Assembly: GCA_010405405.1 (NCBI GenBank)
Contig: MU004237.1
Span: 1,499,345 to 1,563,344, forward strand
Source of the DNA: Microthyrium microscopicum
Taxonomy: Eukaryota
DNA length: 64,000 bases
Direction of reading: 5' to 3'
The notes beneath the pieces were generated by a model. That model saw only the letters and a program-made list of their open reading frames with translations. It searched no databases and was not told the origin of the DNA. Numbering within the stretch: position 1 is the stretch's first letter; each line of letters begins with the position of its first letter. Below are positions 59,471 to 64,000 of this stretch, piece after piece. The position numbers were made by a program, and so were the translations under genes.

Positions 59471-61234
59471 AATGTATGATAAGCCTTTTATTGGACTATC
59501 GCCTTCTGTATACGGAGGTGGTGGTTCTCCGTCGTCGAGATCTTTGCTAGGATCCTTGTTGTCGCGAGGAAGTGCAGCCTTGGTATCTGCAACAGTTGAA
59601 GCGCTTGCGGCAGCGGCGGCGGCGGCAGCAGCAGCAGCTGAAGAAGAAGACTGAGGACCAGAAGTAGCGGCAGTAAAGTCGGGGAGAGGTTCGGGCTCTT
59701 CGTCTACTTCGTCTTCGTAGGTCGGGAAAACGGGAAGTGTATGAGTTGACGAGGCCTTGCTTCGAGAGGCAGCGATAAAAGCAGACTCTGGAGTAGAAAA
59801 GAGTGAAGAGAACGAGGGTGGGGCGAGTTCGATCTCAATGTGATCAGGATCTGGCGAAGCTGGTGTGATTGGGAGAGAGGGGGTTGGAGGAGTAGGAGGT
59901 GCGGTATCACCGCGACTTGAAGCTCGTGAGCCCGACAATTTGGTGGTTTAGGATCGCGTCTAAGAAATAATATTGGCGATGAGGCCGTTTGGGAGCGGTG
60001 AAAGCGAAGGGTTGCAAAATGGAGGGCGATTGACGCTTAGACTTGGTGGAGTTCTAGGACCGCATTGAGGGGAGCAGACTCGAGAGGGTATTGAGGGCAA
60101 GATGTATGAAGGGAGAAGAGTTGAGACAGAAGATTGAAGGACCAGAAGTGCTAGAGGAGAGAAAAGGAGGAGTAGAGGGCCAAAATGCAGGTATGGAGGG
60201 TATGGTTGGAGATGTTTGGTTGGGGCGGTCTGTGATGCAGTAGTGGTTGGAGTTGCAGACTCAGTGGAGAGGTCACTCAGTGCCAAGTACTCCATAGGTG
60301 CCGGGGTGGTGGACTGTGGTTTACATCAGGATCCAGTGGCAGGGGGCAGCCGACCATCTGGGCAAGACCAACAGACAACAGAGTCCATTGCACCTGCCAC
60401 CCTGGTCGCCTCGCGCCTGCTTCTTCTAATTGTGGGCTGGGCCGCACCTTCTTCAACCAGTCGGGGCTCTCTGCTGCTCCTTCCACCGCTGTAAAGTGCT
60501 GAATTATCAGACAAGCGACCAATGGCGGTGCAGATCCCAGCGCCTAGATCTAGAGCCGCTTCCATTTTTAGCTTAGCCGCTTCAACATCAAAGTCCATCT
60601 CGTTGATACCCACAACCAATTTCCATACCTTTTCGCAAAAGTCCAGCATTAATCCTTCAGCTTAGAAATGGTCCTCTTTATATTCTTGGGCATGAAAACC
60701 GGTTTCAGTACCTTCAGATCTTCAGTCAGAAACATATCAGATTGAAGGAAGTATGCTGAGCAGGACTAAGACACATTCTGACACAAAATCAGCAATCTAG
60801 ATCAATTGATGGCCTCTGCTGGACAAGGTGTAAGAAATGAAGTTGTCTCCGTTATACACACTTTGCTTGGATCTTAGCACTTCTTTGATAAGAGATCGGA
60901 AGCTTATAGATCTAAATTGCATTCACGATTTCACAAGCTTTCAAGTCTGCCAAATTCGAAGACCTGAGACATTATGGAATGTGTCAATCATACGTACTAT
61001 TTGAATCTGTGAATTGTTCATGCTCCTTGTAAAGAGATTTCAATCAGCCATCAATTGTACAAATAATATTTGGCTCAGCCTAATTGCTTACTTTCGGTAT
61101 AAACTTCAACCAGCAGGGGCAAATTCGCGGGGCTCAAAATACATCTCAACACCAAAATTCCCCATCACCATATCCCCCACGCCACCATTACTCTGCCTTC
61201 CTTCATTCCTTGGTTCCACACCCTCCAAGCAATC

Positions 61235-63539
61235 ATGGAGTCCCAAATAAAGGCTAAATTCCCAACCGTCGACCCTCTCATCTCTGAATACTCCGCCGGC
61301 TACCTGTCCCACGCCGCCCAAGCAGCCTCAGACGAACCAGACTCCGCACCCCTCGACGAAGCTCTCGACTCCATATCCGCCCTTCTCCTCTCAGCCAGCG
61401 GCGATTCATCACCCAGCAATGAGACGAAAGTGCGCACCCTGGTGCAAAGTCTCGTCGATACATTAAATGCCGCCAACAATGCCAACGGGAACGGTGTGAA
61501 TGGCGAGAGAAGTCACCATGGAGCACGCAAACTCGACCAGACAATCCATGTTGCTAGTCAGCGAAATATGAGCTCCACCATGGGTTTGCTGGGCGCATCC
61601 GTGGATCTGGAAAGTGCAGCGGGCAGGAAGGTGGAGAGTCAAGTCGATCGGAAGAAATTGGAGAAGGCGGAGCGAAAGATTAGGGCGAAGCAGGATAGGA
61701 AGGTTATGAAGAACGTGGAGTATGAGGCTAGTAGGTTGTTGAACCAGCCGAATGAGACTCAAAGTTATGAAGAATTTTATATGGCTGTCAATCCGCTGCA
61801 GTTGGGTTCAGATGGCCAGAAGAGCAAAGACATCAAGGTTGATACCTTTGATGTGTCAATTGGTGGGAAGCGTATTTTGTCAGATACGAGTTTGACGTTG
61901 GCGTATGGACGACGGTATGGTTTGGTGGGTCAGAACGGTATTGGTAAATCTACGTTGTTGAGGGCGTTGAGTCGCAGAGAGATTGCTATTCCTACGCATA
62001 TCTCAATTCTGCATGTGGAGCAAGAGGTATGGGATCATGATCACTTTGATGGTATGAAACTGATTTCTTCAGATTATGGGCGACGATACTCCGGCTATAC
62101 AGGCTGTGCTTGATGCAGATGTCTGGCTAAAGCATCTACTCCGCGAACAAGAGAAGATCACCCAGGAGTTGAATGCGCTTGAGAAGCAGCGAGCGACTCT
62201 CGCTGATACTTCTGGTGATGCTGTCCGGCTCGATCAACAGAGAGAAGGTCTCGATACTACACTCAGCGATATTCAAGGAAAGCTTGCCGAAATGGACTCG
62301 GACAAGGCCGAATCAAGAGCAGCTAGCATATTGTTTGGTTTAGGTTTCTCGCAAGAAACTCAGCAGAACCCTACCAAGAGCTTCTCTGGTGGTTGGCGTA
62401 TGAGATTGGCCCTTGCTAGAGCGCTATTCTGTGAGCCAGATCTACTACTGCTCGATGAACCTTCCAACAATCTCGATTTGCCTAGTGTAGGCTGGCTAGG
62501 AAACTATCTCCAAACATACCCAAACACCTTACTCGTAGTTTCTCACGACCGAGCTTTCTTGAACGAAGTGGCCACCGACATCATCCACCAACACTCAGAA
62601 CGTCTCGACTACTACAAAGGAGCAAACTTCGACTCTTTCTATGCCACTCGAGAAGAGCGCCGCAAAGTCGCCAAACGCGAATACGAGAAACAAATGGGCG
62701 AGCGAGCCCATCTCCAAGCCTTCATCGACAAATTCCGCTACAACGCCGCCAAATCCTCCGAAGCTCAATCCCGCATCAAAAAGCTAGAAAAGATGCCCGT
62801 CCTCCAAGCCCCAGAAGCCGAGTACAGTGTCAAATTCCGTTTCCCTGAAGTCGAAAAACTATCACCACCTATCATCCAAATGAGCAATGTAACATTCGGC
62901 TACACCAAAGATAAACTCCTCCTCAACCACGTCGATTTAGACGTTCAACTCGACTCCCGTATCGGCATCGTCGGTCCCAACGGTGCAGGTAAAACCACCG
63001 CTCTTAAACTCCTCATCCAGCAACTCTCACCCTCCTCTGGCCTGATATCACAGCACTCCCGTCTAAGAGTCGGCTACTTCACACAGCACCACATCGACGG
63101 TCTCGACCTAAACATGTCCGCCGTATCCTTCATGGCCCAAAGGTTCCCCGGCAAAACAGACGAAGAATATCGCCGCCATCTCGGCGCTTTCGGCATCACC
63201 GGTATGACTGGCCTTCAAAAGATGGAACTCCTATCCGGTGGTCAAAAGTCTCGTGTAGCATTCGCCTGTCTGTCAAGTACGAATCCCCATATTCTAGTGC
63301 TAGACGAACCGTCTAATCATTTGGATATCGAGGCACTGGATGCGCTAAGTGAGGCACTTAATCTGTTTGAGGGAGGCGTGTTGATGGTTAGTCACGATGT
63401 TACTGTGCTGCAGAAAGTGTGTACTAGTTTGTGGGTTTGTGATAATGGGACGATTGAGCATTTTGATGGAACGGTCAATGATTATAAGAAGAGGATTTTG
63501 GCGCAGGCCGGGGATAGTGGTGTTGTGCAGAAACATTAG
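61235..63539 (+). CDS. GCN20: ABC-F family translational regulator Gcn20; 2 exons
   Basis: Two ABC domains without TM segments (GQNGIGKST / FSGGWRMR / LLLLDEP; GPNGAGKTT / LSGGQKSR / LDEPSNHLD). N-terminal ESQVDRKKLEKAE. Intron 62027-62072. Confidence 0.95.
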
Positions 63540-64000
63540 ACACGAAGATAGCATTGAACATGATGTCTGGCACGACAATTCTTTGATTTTAAAGGCTCTA
63601 GTTCTTGGATGTAGAGTGACTTGAACGCTTGTGGGGTTGAAGAATATGAGGGAAACAGAGCAGCCACTCTTGAAGAGTTGTTATGGTAGTCATTGTATTC
63701 AATGGGAATATATTCGTCCACACAGTTCTCTTACTTTGATACCAGAGAGGCTCTCAAGGCTGTGGATTTTGGCAAAAACATAAAAGAAGTGCCAAAAAAA
63801 AGCAAAAACCGGCCTCGGATACTCTCAACTTACTTCTCAGTCATTATCTGTCCAAAAACTCAAGATAGAAAATCTAAAATCTCCCAATTGAGCATGTGAC
63901 CTTTCGATGTGGTGGTCATCCAAAAGAGGAAATTCACGATAATTAATTCAACAAAAAATACAACCTTAGCTCCGACGAGCTAAGATTGTAATAAAAGCGT

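Noticed and set aside
60326..60649. 107-aa ATG-initiated minus-strand ORF upstream of WHI2
   Set aside because: No recognisable motif or splice support; may be chance or a remnant.
63740..64000. A-rich stretch at the window end, possible transposon terminus
   Set aside because: No partner TIR or LTR inside the window.

Overview
Gene-dense nuclear DNA of a filamentous ascomycete (Pezizomycotina, judged from short GT-AG introns with CTRAC/CTAAC branch sites and the gene content). About 25 protein-coding genes are recognisable. Housekeeping genes include SFH1, HSP10, a TilS-like PP-loop protein, a DHA1 MFS transporter, MSH5, a long-chain-base kinase, VMA13, DIS3, VRP1, a FolB-like protein, Pol lambda, WHI2 and GCN20. 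Secreted or cell-wall genes include a small Cys-rich protein, a bacterial-type esterase, a Pir protein, a pectin methylesterase, an SGNH hydrolase, a CFEM membrane protein and a GH76. Structures not shown by the ORF track: (1) an 839-bp TRIM-like mini LTR retroelement with identical 146-bp LTRs, a 4-bp TSD and a tRNA-Pro-like primer binding site; (2) a 235-bp TA-flanked MITE; (3) a 5'-truncated, frameshifted copy of the essential gene PSF2; (4) decayed HET-domain and ubiquitin-like-domain genes; (5) a 156-codon AUG-free in-frame extension of WHI2 starting at a TTG in strong initiation context; (6) a small spliced Cys-rich gene. All family calls come from motif recognition by eye; no database search was run, and exon boundaries are manual estimates.
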